A stretch of DNA of 64,000 nt from Lama glama (taxonomy: Eukaryota), in contig CM052816.1 of assembly GCA_028534125.1 (NCBI GenBank), forward strand, positions 90,336,001 through 90,400,000, read 5' to 3'. The notes under the pieces are model-generated. The model saw nothing but the letters and a program-made list of their open reading frames with translations. It was not told the DNA's origin and made no database searches. Positions 27,421-41,257 of this stretch are shown here, piece after piece. Position 1 is the first letter of the stretch. Every line of letters starts with the position of its first letter. The position numbers were made by a program, and so were the translations under genes.

Positions 27421-27430
27421 ATTATATATA
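27363..27430. repeat. (TG)n(TA)n microsatellite
   Basis: Directly visible. Confidence 0.95.
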
Positions 27431-29417
27431 TAATTAGTCATGGAAACAGACATTCACATAGATAAGAAAATTATTTCTAAAGTATTACCAAGTCATTCTT
27501 CAGTGTTGTGATAATTTTCCCTGGCCCCTATACTTTTGTCCTAGTCCTCTAGAATAGAAGCTAATACAAGCTTCCAATCAGAAAGCAGTTATTAATGACA
27601 CAAATATTCTTGATGGATTTGTGCTCATACCAAATAGAATGGGACTGATTGTTAAAAATGAGGTATTTACTGATCTGGCTGAGCCCCCAGGCCTAGAACA
27701 CAGAAGCTGGAGGGGTACCTTGAAGCCCTGTGGTTCTAGATTATACCTTTCCATTGCTGGATGGTGGAAATGTAAGGAAAATCATGGAGGAAGGGGAACA
27801 GAGGAGATGCCAATTCGATTGGGGAACTCAGGGTAACCTACCTACCAAATTTGGAGATGTATTTCTATATAGTTTAACCAGTAAGATTCTGCCACTGACA
27901 AAAGTTCAGCCTTGATTGATACCTGGTTTACATGTGCAAAATAGGGGGTCAAAAGGGAGTCTGATGCTGGTGGTCTAAGCCAATAGCAAAGAGAGACAGA
28001 CAGACAGAGACGGAGACAGAGAAACTGAGAGATGAATGGGGAATGAACAGCCCTTTCATGCTGGAGCCAAACAAAGAGGCATTAATTTTCAATCTTTGAA
28101 TCTGGTGATTACTCCAGTCTGGACATTTTAGTGACTGAAGTGAGACTGTTCTTTGGGGCTTGATTTGGGCTCATTATCAGCTAAGCATAATCGAATTAAA
28201 ACCTGAGGTAGACCTCCGAGTTCATCCAGGGACATGGAGGGAACTATCCCACAGTCTGAGTTTAAAAGATTAGAGGCAGGAAAAGCAAAGTATGTTGGCT
28301 GTTTGCACCTTAACATTCATTCAATAAAAGAAAAGGTCACGATAGCAAAGCATCCAGCTTGAACTTCAGCTGCCGTTGGGACAGGGCTCCCTTGTCTGAA
28401 CAGCCGGTAGGAGGAGCCAGGGGTGTTTGGCACGGTGGTTTGTTGTGTTATATTTGGTCGGTTTGGGTTTTGTTTGGAAGCCAGCACTCGGAAAGAAAAG
28501 AGTATAGAGAACCAGAATGACTCCACGCTCAGCTGCACGTGACTGAGACTTTTGGAGAACACATCAGGCAGAAAGGTCCCCCTGAGATGCAGGGTATCCA
28601 CAGCTCAGCTGCAGGGCAGCAGACAAGCTGGAAGCCCCTGAGGATGCGGACAAGGGAAGTGCCCCCCATCATATATAGACAACGGGGGTTTTGGTAAAGA
28701 CTCCAGGAGATCAGCGCCAGGGCTGAACCTCAGACCTCGTACTTCAAGGAATAGAAGAGGTGAATTTGGGACTTGGACTCAGGGTGATCTGGCAGCCATG
28801 GTCACTGTGCAGTGTTGTCCCAGTGACTCTGAAGGAGGGACAGAAAAAGAGAAGGTGAAGCCAAGGACAGGCTAGATCAGCAGTTCTCAAACTTGTAAGC
28901 CCTGGGACCCCTTCACATTCTTAAAAATTTAGTAAAGATGTCAAAGAACTTTCGTTTGTGTGGATTTTATCATTACTTACCAGATTAAAAATTGCAACTG
29001 AGAAATGTTTTAAATGTTTTATTAAATTTTTAAGTACGTGATAAACCCATGATATGTTAATACAAATGACATTTTTCATGCAAAATAATTATATTTTCAA
29101 AGAAAAATTAAAAAGTGAGGAGTGACAGTGTTTTACAATTCTGCCTATCTCTTTAACATCTGGCTTAATAGAGGACAGCTGGATTCTTGTCTGTGTTTGT
29201 GAATTCACTCTAGTATGATAAGTTGCTTTGGTTAAAGTATACAAAGAATTTATATGAAGCATATATGTCTGTGAAGAAAATTTGGCGCCACACAGATGTC
29301 TACTTGGGACAGAGTGGAGTATTTCAATAGCTGTTTGAGATCATTGATAAGGCTCTTCCAATTTTTAGATTATTTTATTACACATTATCAAAAACTGACA
29401 TTCATTAACATCACCAC

Positions 29418-30197
29418 TATCTTAGCGCAGGCTGCTCTAACAAAATGCCACACATTGGGTGGCTTCAACAGCAGACATTTATTACTCGCAGTTCTGGCAT
29501 CCAAGAAGCCCAAGATCAAGCTGGCTCCTGATGAGAGCTCTCTTGCTGCCTTGCAAACAGCCCCCTTCCAGCTGTGTCCTCACATGAATGAATCAGGCAG
29601 CCAGAGACAGACAGACAGAGAGACGGGAGAGTGAGTGGACTCGGTCCAGTCTCCCTCTTTGTACAAGGGACCAATCGCAAAATGGAGGCCTCACCCTCAC
29701 GATTTTGTCTAAACCTAATTCCCTCTCTTAAAAGATAAGCTGAGACAAAATTAAAATTTTAAGAGCAAAATTTTATTTAAGCAAAAATCGATTTGAATCA
29801 GGCAGTCTCCAACCTAGCAGGCAGAAAAGAGCTCTGATGAGCTGTATAAAATGAAAGGCTTTTATAAGCAGAGGGAGTGGGATCAAGGAAGTTACACCAG
29901 ATGGAAAGGCAGGTGGGCCACTGCGAGGTTACCTTCCTTGGGGATGGCAGGGGCTACCGGGCAGAGTATCTAACTACTGCTGATGAGGTCATTCCTGATG
30001 GACTAGTTTAATTACTGAAACTGTAATTAAGTTTTGGTTTTGTGACGAGTGGCATATCGTAAGCAACTCCATTTTGGGCTGGTTGTTTTGATTTTTTTAA
30101 CGACCTTCAAATGTCTCACTACAAAATATCACCACATTGGGGATTACGGCTTTAAAATATGAATTTTGGGAGACACAAACATTCACCCGTAATAACC
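29418..30197 (-). mobile_element. MLT1 (MaLR) LTR inserted in Charlie1, itself split by another LTR
   Basis: tatcttagc..gctgctctaacaaaatgccaca..cagttctgg..cccaagatcaag (29418-29725) and tatgaattttgggagacacaaacattca (30103-30197). Confidence 0.8.
29726..30102 (-). mobile_element. ERV1-type solo LTR nested within MLT1
   Basis: Minus strand has cccaaaatggagttgc near its start, TATAAAAG and AATAAA in LTR order; it precisely interrupts the MLT1. Confidence 0.7.
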
Positions 30198-33089
30198 ATC
30201 AATCTTATCATAAAAGTCTTTACAGATTGTAAGTCATCAAACAACGGCAAAAGACACATTTCCCAAAATTCTTATCTTCATTTGAAATCCCCAATTTTAT
30301 CTTAGCTACAAATACTTTCTCTTGTTTTTCTTGAAGTGACAAGCTGACTTAATTCATTTTTGAGAAAAATGTCTGCCTAACTAATATCCAAAATCATAAT
30401 ATGTCTGTTGGCTGTTCTTTAAGGTGGAATTAATGTCCCAGGAAAAACCAACTAGCTCAGCTTACAACTCAAGCAATTGGATAAATGTTTTTCCTCAGAA
30501 ACTGTCCCACATTATCACCAGCATATTCAAAAGATGTGTGCGTAAGGTTAGAGACTTAATGAAATCGATCATTTTTCCTGCTTCATCAAAAAATATTTTT
30601 GAGTGAAACTAGCAATTATTTGTTTTCACTGTTGATATATGGTGGTAAAAAGATCAATGACTGCTTATAGAGTTTAGTACCACTGCCTTGATTCATACTA
30701 CGGTGTCTTCAAGTTTTACACTCAATTTCTTTTTACACTGTACTTCAGTGAAAAAAACATTCAATTTTAATATTATTATGAAAGTAGTTTTTGACCTTGT
30801 AGTTCTTCTGAAAGAGTTTTAGGATTCCCTGTGATCCACATGCCACATTTGAGATCTCTTCGTATACAGTACTCAAAAGAAGACAAATTCAATGGTTCAT
30901 CCAAGGGAGAGCTAGCATCCTGTTCTCCTGAAGTGAATTGGCATAAACAAAGTTGTATGGCTGTATGTGACAGACCCAGCCCTGGAACACAGGCCTCCTG
31001 GCTCCACACACAGTACTGAATCTTCTACACCACATTACATCCATGATTAATTGCTCCATTCCTTATTCTAGTAAGCTACAGAGACAGAATCTTAGGTCCC
31101 TAAAAGTTTTTAATGCCTTACCCAAGAAAAAGTAATACAGGATGTCAGATAAGATTATTGTACTGATTTTATCTGTAGGATAAGATGTCTGTCCTGTGAG
31201 CCCTATTTATAAATGCATAAAATTCCTTTCTTATGAATGTCTTTTATTTCAGATAAATATTTTAAGAAACCTCTATGCTTTGTTTTCTCCTGTGCATGCA
31301 GATTAACTGCAGAAATGCTTACACATCAAGTTTACCTAATGCCAGACTCTTGACAATGCTTTATCAAAGGTGCTACAAGTCCAAGGTGGTACTTAAATGA
31401 AAGGATGATACACAAGTACCAAGTAGGGTCCTATTTAAACAATGGTAAACAACGTAGAACTGGCCTTTTTATTCATGTTTTACTTCAGTACATATGATAA
31501 ATTGATGTGAATAGTTGATTTTCAATGCAGATGTAGAAGAGAAAAGAAGTGTTGATTAGTTTATCAACATGTTCGTTTGAACAGTCCAGTCCTTAGGATT
31601 CTCAAAATAGTTTTTTCTTGACATCAGTGAATAAAGGGAAAGAATAGTTTTACTTTCTTTCAATACACATTTGGAAATAATGCTTATTTAGCTACACTCA
31701 ATAATAAACCTAACAATCAAATTAAGAGGGGAAAAAAACGGATCACCTACTCACCTGCTAATTGCAGATTTAAGCTAATTTATGCAGTATAACAACAAAT
31801 GCCTTCAAATGCCACAGTGGCCTCTCTTCCCCTGCATTCATCCTTAAGTACAGTAATCTGCTTCCCCTGACACCCTATGTACTTGTAAAAACAGTTTTTT
31901 CTTTCTATAGCCTGTAATCTTGCAAATAAATTTGCACTCAACAGACCACTGCTTTCCCATAGGACAAGGTTTAAAAGTAAACACTTAGTATCACTTTACC
32001 AAATATTTACCAAAAGCCAGGCATTATTTGAGACACCAATTCTGATACTTCTAGCCAGGAACTTTCCTTTGAATCACACTTCTGACTAAGGTGGCCCCAG
32101 GGAGACCCAGACACCAGTCACATCTGAAATTAGTGACAAGGTAAGAAACAGCTGGTATTTTTAGAACCAGTACAAATGCATCACACACCCTCATTTGCTA
32201 AAACGGTACAAAATTAAAAGGAAAAATGATAGTTTTGCTCTTTTTTTACTTTTAACTAGATAGACATATAAAAATCATCTATCCATCTGATGAAAGATAT
32301 TCCTTTGATCAATAAGTCACTAATGAAGCCCTTCCCTTCTCTCTACTACTGGAGGTAGTAGACTTCAAAGTGACAATTAAAGTGTTTCTGATCACTGCTA
32401 TCTAAACTCTGAAGTTGATGGTATCACTTTAAACTGCTGAAATGTTTCTCCCAGCATGATTGTTAAAGCCTTCCATTTTAATAGGCAAAAATTTTGACTA
32501 ATTAAACATTTCCATGGTCCCAAACAGCATGTTTCTGAAAGGTAGGAACTATTTTCTACCTTCTCTGACATTGACTTCTATGTCCCTGTACAAAGAAAGA
32601 ACAAAGTACACAGTGTTTGCGTTCTTGTCCAGCTTTCAGAATAGGAGATTTCTTTTATATGAAATGCATCCTTATGTATTCACAGTATATATTAAAATAT
32701 ATATTTCAGGCATAGCTTTAATCAATACATCATGTAAAATTCTTAGTAGCACCAGACATATTAAAGAAGAAAACGATCCATTTTATTCTCAAAAATAGTT
32801 TCTAGGGGATAAATATTCTATCTAAGAACACTGAAACAAAATCGGATAAATTCACATCTGTCTCATTTAGGGATAATCTACATAAGCAATATAATCATTA
32901 ACCTTGAGTACTTGTATTCTTTGGTAAAAACAGTTAGTATTTTCTCAAACTTTAATTTTCATGGAGAAAGCATAAAGACCCTGAGATAAATGTTAGAATG
33001 GTAGCCCTACAAGATAAAAACAACTTCTGCCAGTATCAGGACCAAGATTTTGCTACCCTTTCCACTAAAAACAAATGCATCATTTCCCT

Positions 33090-33471
33090 TAAAGGTTGAA
33101 TGTTTGTGCTTCTCCAAAATTCATATGTTGAACCCCCCCACACCCCACCCCCGATGGGATAGTATTGGGAGGTAGGGCCTTTGAGAGTTGATTAGAATTA
33201 GACAAGGCCATGAGGGCGGAGCCCTTGTGAATGGGACTAGTACCCTTATAAGAGTCACAGGAGAGCTTGTTTTTGCTACTTTGCTCTCTGCCATGTGGAG
33301 ATCCGAGAAGTCATCTGTCTGCAGCCCTGAAGAGGGCCCTCCCCTAGAACCTGAACATACTAGGACTCTAGGCTTGGACTTCCATCCCCCAGAACTGTGG
33401 AAAATAAATTTCTGTTGTTTATAAGCCAAGCATCTATTGTATTTTTGTTATAGCCAACCCCAAGCTGAGAC
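33090..33471 (+). mobile_element. MaLR LTR (MLT1A-like)
   Basis: tgaatgtttgtg..caaaattcatatgttgaa ... cagaactgtggaaaataaatttctgttgtttataagcc ... gctgagaca. Confidence 0.9.
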
Positions 33472-34724
33472 AGTTACCTTAAGGGATATTCATACATGCA
33501 CATGGCTTTGCCCTAAAATACTCAATGAGCACCTACTGTGAATCCCATGCAGACTACTTGTCCAACACTAGTCATGTTGGCGTTCTGCCCATTGTAATAT
33601 TTGAGGATCCAGAATGCTATAAACTCTACCAACTAATGATCCCAACCTCTCAAGAAACTTTCAGTCTCTTGTAACAGGGTGGATACCACACTACTCTTAA
33701 AAAAACGTTTCCTAAAAGTGATACACATCACTGCTCATTGCTCTGCTTTTCTTGCCAAAAGAACGCTCTTGGTCATGCCTCCTTTTAAGGTTCAGGGAAG
33801 TGTAATCCTCAGGAAGGAAAGGAGAATTAGAAATATTGGTGAGCAATAATAATGTCTGTCATGATACCCAGATTTAGCAACTTCCCTCAAAAAAATTTTT
33901 TGACATTTGATTAAAGTCAATTTAACATTTTTCAACTGCAGTCTAATCATAAAAGAGTATTTTATATGCTCCTTTATATTTTCAAAAGTATTGGACTTTT
34001 ACTGGAAACTCAGAATTAGCAGGAAGAATTAATGAATTAATTAATTAATGCACAAACAAGTAATAAGCATTTCATTGTCAACCGGACATGCAGTTGCTAC
34101 AGGGAGATGAGATTTTTCTCTCACAAAGACTAGCAGGAGCAACATGAGGTCAAGTTGTGCTAATCAAGGTTGGCCACATGCCTAGGCTGAGTGAACGAAG
34201 CATATGGAGTGAGTTGAGATGGATGAAACCCTGTCTGTCCAGAAGAAACTCTGCCACTGCCCTGTAAGGACACCTTCCCCTCTTCCTGTAGGCTTGAAAT
34301 TCTCACTCCCAATGAGCACCTTTGTGCCCCTGACTCCACATTTTAAAACCTAAGGGCATTGCCTTGAAAAGGACAGAGTTAACATCATTTATTACAAATG
34401 ATTGTTGAATTGAATTTTTGAATAATGGTGAGGTTGCTAAAAAGAAACAAAAATGCAAAATTTGGCTATACTCTTGGACAATGTGGGTCAGAATTAGAAA
34501 CATAGTAGGCCCACTTCTCAGTGCTAACCCAGTCACATCTAGAAGCGTATGCTTGAGGAACCTTGCATTTTAAAAAAGTTGTCAATTCCAAAGCTAAATG
34601 ACAGATGAATAACCTTGGAATCCAAATTGTACAAAATATGAAGGAATTTTTGAAATTTTGAGGTCTTGAGCATTTTCTATATACTCCAAATGGCTGGAAC
34701 CACCTTCTTCCAGTTTATCCAGTC

Positions 34725-35048
34725 TGTCTTAGTCAGCTCAGGCTTCTACGACAAATTACCATAGACTGGATTACTTAAACCACAGATATTTATTTCTGGA
34801 GGCTGAGAATTCCAAGATCAAGGTGTCAATTAATTTCATTCCTAATGAGAGCCCTCTTCCTGATTTGCAGACAGCTGCCTTCCCACTGTGTGTTCACATG
34901 GCAGAGAGAGCACTAGACTCTTTTCTTATAAGGATACTGATCTCATCACGATGGACTCACCCTCAGGACCTCATCTAAACCTGGTTACCTCCCAAAGGCC
35001 TTCCCCCCATTACCATCCCATTGAGGGTTAGGGTTTCAGTCCATAACG
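34725..35048 (-). mobile_element. MaLR solo LTR (MLT1A-like) with 5-bp TSD
   Basis: tgtcttagtcagctcaggc...ccataacg; CAGTC duplicated at 34720-34724 and 35049-35053. Confidence 0.9.
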
Positions 35049-36517
35049 CAGTCTGATACCTCGTTTGTGGGGCAAAACAGAGCTCTCTTACCTCAGTCAG
35101 CATTCAACCACCAGCAACTGCTTCAGTGGGAGCAAACCCAGAGCAACAGCGAACAGGACAATCCATCACGGGCATTTGTTCAGGTTAAAAATGAAGAACC
35201 CAAGTGCCAGTGTGTTCTAAGCTGAAACTTGGGACAGATTTCAACAAAAACAGGATATGAGTCCAATTTTAACGGACATGCTTCAGTAGTGCTAAGATGA
35301 TGTGCCAGCATTCATTCCTTGCTTTTGGCATGGCTTTCATTTTAATAATTCTAAAAAATCAAATATTACAAGAAATATGAAATGATGAAAGAGAAAATTA
35401 GGTTTGAATATGTCATCCTCTTTCCCTATCCAGGCCAGGCCAGATGACAGTGCACCTTCCTCGTGTAAGATCCAAGTTTTCCACTCAGCACCCAGTTGTT
35501 AGTGATGGGGGAACATGTCATGTCAGATCTGTAGAATCAGTGTCTTTGTAAATAAAAAGAAATGCTTATAGTTAAAGTGGCCAGCAATAGAAGAACACAC
35601 AAATAAAGGATATCACATCAATTTAATGAAATATCATTCCTACACTTAAAATAAAAGTATGAAGACTGTGAATCAATATTCTATAAAGATTAATGGCACA
35701 CTATAAAAATGTAGACACAGTAACGAAGATTATGTCTGCCTATGAACAGCTCTTAGAATTACAATAGATTACAATAATTGATGTTTTCATTAGATTGGAG
35801 TTTCGTTTATTCACTTTTAAAAAGTTGTTATGCTAGTTTTAAGAAAAACAAAGAAATATTAAGAAAAAATCACTTTTCTCAGAGCAGTGACAGGTCTTTG
35901 TAAGTAAAGAAAAAAGATGAATAAATGCGCAATTACAGTGGTGTTTGACAAGAGCACTGATAGAAACAGACGTGTCCAGGGACCTCAGAGGACACACAAG
36001 AGTCAGCTACCCTAGTCCAGAGTGAGATGGGTAGGATTATGATAACAGGTTCCTATTCTCACCTACTCCATCACAAATGCTGTGGCGGGGGGGGGGGGGC
36101 TGTGTTTCTTTCTCTGCTTAGGTTTTCAAAGATGAGAGACTCTTGAGAGGCTGAGGTGCCAAGAGAAAAATCCCAAAACTAGTGAAGAATGGAAAGACTA
36201 AACATTCTAGAAAATTGTACAAAAAGAGTAGGAATCTGTAACAGAAGCAGATAATTTGCTTCAGAGGAGAGAAATTTCTATCTCTACCCATGGTATAAGG
36301 TTACAGATAATTATTTAAGGCACAGCCCCACAGGGAAAATGTCTACAGTCTGGCAGTTGTAGGAAAACCCCAACAAAGCATTAGACAGCATGGGACCTAC
36401 TGTCGGCAAGGCAGTGGGAATGAGAGCCATGGAACCGAGGGTTTCTAGCTAGACTGATCAGGGCCACCACTGAAAGGAAATCTTTGAATAATTTGCGAAA
36501 ATGATTAAGAAAACATT

Positions 36518-36930
36518 TCATTCTAAGTGAAGTAAGCCAGAAAGAGAAAAAAAAATACCATATGATATCATTCATATGTGGAATCTAAAAAAAAAAAAAA
36601 AAAAAGAAGACATTAATGAACTCACCTATGAAACAGAAACAGACTCACAGACATAGTAAACAGTCTTATGGTTACCAGGGAAAGTGGGTGGGAAGGGGTA
36701 ACTGTGGGAGTTTGACACTTGCAAATGTTAGCCACTATATATAAAAATAGATTTAAAAAAACGAATATCTTCTGTACAGCACAAGGAAATATATTCAATA
36801 TCTTGTAATAACCTTTAATGAAAAAGAATATGAAAGCTAATATATATATGTATATGCATGACTGGGACATTGTGCTGTACACCAGATATTGACACATTGT
36901 ATCTGACTATACATCAATAAATAAATCAAT
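36518..36930 (+). mobile_element. Relatively young L1 3' end
   Basis: ctaagtgaagtaagccagaaagagaaa..ataccatatgatatca..gtggaatct; gaaacagactcacagacatag; ends caataaataaat. Confidence 0.9.
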
Positions 36931-38399
36931 TAATTAGTGAATTAATTTTTAAAAATCTTTTTAGATGAAAGGAATAGCCTTAACTAATGTTCAGTGAATA
37001 ATCTAGCCTATGATTCCCAAAGATCACATGTAATGATTGTCTAGACCCAGGATGAGCTGAACTGAAGTGAACTCAAGCAGGAAAAGACAAGCTGCGGGTA
37101 GAAATGTCCACTCAAGTTGGGGTCGTAGGCAATGGACACAAGGACCAGGAGTAGGAATGGAAGTAAAGGGAGTGCTTCCCAGGTCCCCTCCCGTTACATC
37201 ACCTATAACCACCCTCTCTGGTGATACCTTCTCCTGTTCTAGGACCTTTGATGCCTCCAGCATCCTCTTCATCTTCAGGGATTTCTCCTTATCTATTTCT
37301 GACCTTGTCCTCTCTATCCTCATTCTTTAGGTTTTTGTAACCTAATGCATTTTCCCTTCTTTAGACAGAACTGGTAATTAGAAGACATGTATTTATTGAT
37401 ACAAACCTCCATCTCAGCACTTACACAGGTTTATTCTAGGACAAAAGTGGGAAATATTTTATATTCAGTTCCCCTGTCTTTCTCATTCTTTGCTATTTTC
37501 CTGCTCAAAATCTCTGACACTGTTCTTAAAGTGCCTAGATCGCACATTATTGGCTAAATTCTCTGCTCATGTCATCCATATTGATGTGCAAGGAACTGGT
37601 AATACATTTAAATACTGGAAAATGTCTGATTCATATTTTGTAAAGGATCAAAGTCTTGGTAAAAAGAAAGATGCCCTAAGTAAAAATATTGGCATCCACG
37701 AGGAGGAGGGTGTATTAGGGCAGGAAGTGGCCATCACAGCAGTGGAAAGAGCCGGAATTAAAGGGGGATTTTTGTTTTTGTGCATGTTCGCTTGCTCTCA
37801 AGGATTAAATGAAAGAGTATGTAAAGTGCCCTGCATAGTCCCAGAACACAATAGGTCTAATTGCTTTCTTCTCTTTTGTAAAGAATTGTACGTGGCCCTA
37901 GTCACAATCATATGTGGATCTGCTGCAAAATAGATTCAGAAGCCCAACAGTTTCTCAATATTACAAGCAAAACACAGGAGGTCCTTAATGTCTGGACTAC
38001 TAGCGTTTTTTTTTTTTTTAAATTGGGACAAATGATAATTAGGAAGGTCAAAACTGACCTTCCTTCTGGGAAACCAAAGATCTAACACCTTCACAGTCTT
38101 TCCCCAAGACTTTCCTACATTTCTACCCAAACTCTTACCCACAACAAAGGGTAGAACACTACACTCCCCTTCAGAGGAAGCTATAGGTCAAAATGTCTTG
38201 GCTCCGAGAAATAGATATGTTTAAAAGAACTGACCGTGAAGAGTCCAGAATTCACTTAAAGGGATTACTTAAAGGTGATAAATAAAGAAAATACAGATCT
38301 GCCAGCCAAATTTGAGTTGCAGGGAAGGAAGTAAAAGATATTAAAATTTTGCCAGGGTTCTCACCTTTATAGGGAAAGACAATAGGTATTTTCTAACTG

Positions 38400-39420
38400 A
38401 AAAAGAAAATCCAAAATAGGATTTAGCTGCATTCTAAAAGCAAATTGAAATAATTCTAAATTATTGAAAGAAAAAAAATTAATCCAAAACTGAATCACCA
38501 AACATAGACAAAATAGCTAATTATAAAAGAAAACTCAAAGAAGGCAATTTACAACAGAAAATAACATAAAAAAAGATCTCATTTACTGTGACAGCCTAAA
38601 GAAAGAATAAAATAGCTAATAAAGAATAAACTTAATAAAACTTTTGTAAAAGTTTTGTGAAGAAAATATTAAAACTCTCCTGAGATACATAAGAGATCAA
38701 TAAATTAAATACCATGCCCTCATAGAGAAAGACTAAATATTTTAAATGGCTCAGTTCTCCCTAAATGTATTCATATAGTCAATATTCCCAATATGATGCA
38801 ACAAAAAGAAGGCTTTTTCTTTCTAATGGGCAAGCTCATTCTAAAATTCATCCTGGAAAACAAAATACAGGAATATTCATAAAATTCCTGATAAAGAATC
38901 ATAAGGATAAATCAGACCTTCCAGGTAGCAAAATAATTAAAATATTTCAGTACTGGTGGCCAGAGAGATAGATCAAAGTACAGAGTACAGAGTTCAGAAA
39001 TATCTCCAAATATATACAGGAATCCAATACATTATAAAGGTGACACTTTAAACCTCTGAGAAAAAGTTGGATTATTTAATAGATGCCATTAAGATAATTG
39101 GCTGGTTTTTGGAGAGAAAAAATAATGCTTGGTCCCAATCTTTATTTTTGCCTTGTACTGATTTTTTTTTATTGAGGTATAAAACACACACTCGAAAGTG
39201 CACTAGTCTTAAGTGTACAACTCCATTAATTTTTTACATGTGTACACCCATGTAATTACCATGCAGGTCAAGATACAGAACATTTCCAGAATCTCAGAAG
39301 GTTTCCTCATTCCCCTTCCCAGTCAATTCCCCACCCCAACCCCAGAGGGAAGCAGAACCCTGACTTTAATCACCACTGATTTGTTTGGCCTATTCTTGAA
39401 CTTCATATACGTGGAGTCAT
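38400..39420. mobile_element. Old L1 fragments (sense ORF2-like ~38400-39130; antisense 3' end ~39165-39420)
   Basis: A-rich decayed ORF2-like text (caagctcattctaaaattcat); then ttttattgaggtataaaa..ccatgcaggtcaagatacagaacatttcca. Confidence 0.65.
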
Positions 39421-40044
39421 AACTTGGACAGAATTTTATTTAAGAACATCCAAGTCAAGTCCAATATCTGTCCTTCCTTTCCTTTCCCAGGCCTTTCTGG
39501 AGGTGGTTTTACACCGGCTGCCCAAGCTAAGATCCAGTATCACCAGAAAAACTCTGCTATAATCAAAGGTGAGAAGTTGCTCATTTGGATGTCCAAGGGA
39601 TGCAAGGAACTGCAGCTGAAGGTAAAGCATTCTCTCCTTCATTCAGTCATTCAACAAACATCAGCTAAGTGTCTTCTCCTTGCCAGCCACGGGCCTAATT
39701 GCTGGCAGAAAAGAAAGGACAGGAAAGATCCAAAAATTATCCACTACCTTTCAGGATATCACATAGGAAAGCAAACCATTATATAACATGGCAAGAAAAG
39801 CGCTCATGCAGGTAAGTATGAAACATAAAGGGATGCTTGAGTCATCCTGGATGACTAACTACCTGGGACCAAAGGAGAATTTTAAAGGAAATCTTGAAAG
39901 ATGAAACAAGAAGGGAAAAGCAGTTGCTTTACTTGGTCTCTATCTTACTCTTTACACCAAAATAAATTCTGAATGCTTCAAAAATGTATTTGTGAAAGAA
40001 AATAAATAAATAAAAGTAAAAATGAAATCATGTAAGGATTTACT

Positions 40045-41257
40045 TATAGGAAGATGGAGTAAACACACTTTTCCCTATGCCTCCACTAGGTACAATTAAA
40101 ACCCCCGGACATTATCTATAAAAAATGTCAGAAAACTTTGAAATGTGGAGAGTAGAAAGCAGATAAGCTATGGACCTTGGGATTTGAGGACTCACCCAGT
40201 TGTGAGTTCCCTGGATTTCTTGTTACCTCATATATCCCAGATTCGGAGCTAAAGAAATTGAACTTGACAATCTGGAAAAGTTTCAATGAAAGCAGACCGA
40301 AAAAAAAAAATCCCCAATAAAAGCTTAATCTCTCTAGACAAAGACCAGGAAATGGGTATATTTTTAAACAAAAAGCACTCGACTCCAGCCAAATATAAGG
40401 GAGAAAAAAAATCTGTGGCTCACTCTCACACACTTCAACAAAGACTAAGTGAGGGACAAGGACTTCCACCTTCACCGCTGTAACAAGGACCCCACCCACA
40501 ATGGGTTCAGTGGAGTCCCACCACTGGTAAAAGGGAGGTATCAGAGGAGGTCTTGGGAGAGTCAGAACTTGCACCACCCCCTAGCAGTAATGAGGCCACC
40601 GCACTGCTCTGTGTGGTCATGGGTGCCGCAGTAATGAGTTACTCTTAGCCCTCCCAGCCAGGAAGGTGTCAGTGGAGATCTACTGGGGAAATCTCAGCCA
40701 TCATCCAGCAGTAACAAAGAGCCCCAACACCAACATGATAAAGATGTTGGAGTTGTTTGAGATTTTACTTTAACAAGCAATTACAAACACACTTGAGACA
40801 AATGGGGAAAACAAAATGTCTCATCAAATAAATAAAATCTGTAAGGCAGGATCGAATGGGAGTTTTTGAACAGAAAAATAAGATAGCTAGAAAAAAAATT
40901 TCAGTGGTTGGGCTCAACAGCAGAATGGAGGGGATAGAGAAAAGGATCAGTAAGCTCAAAGATAAAGCAATATAAATTAAATTGTCAAATCTGAAAAGAG
41001 AGAGGGAGAATAGATTGAAAAAAAAATTACCATAGTCTGAGACCTATGGGACTACATAACAAAATTTTTAATATTCATGCCATTTGAGTCATTGATAAAG
41101 ATGAGAAAAATACTCAAAGACATAATGGCTCAAACCTTCCCAACTTGGCAAAAGTTATAAATGTGTAAATTCAAAAAGCGGAGTGAACCACAACATGATA
41201 AACCAAAAGAAATCCATACCAAAAAGCACCTTAGTTAAACTTCTGAAGCTAAAGACC
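40045..41257 (+). mobile_element. Old L1 5' UTR/ORF1 fragment
   Basis: gggctcaacagcagaatggag..aaggatcagtaagctcaaagata; ataatggctcaaaccttcccaacttggcaaaag; ORF1-like text, disrupted. Confidence 0.75.

Larger units (their letters stand above)
28878..30860 (-). mobile_element. Charlie1-like hAT DNA transposon, interrupted by nested LTRs
   Basis: Terminus cagcagttctcaaactt..ggaccccttcacattcttaaaaa; internal ctggcttaatagaggacagctggattct and cactgccttgattc match my recollection of Charlie1; collinear on both sides of the insert at ~29418-30197. Confidence 0.85.

Noticed and set aside
40128..40577. 149-aa minus-strand ORF
   Set aside because: Antisense to an old L1 5' region; no recognisable domain.
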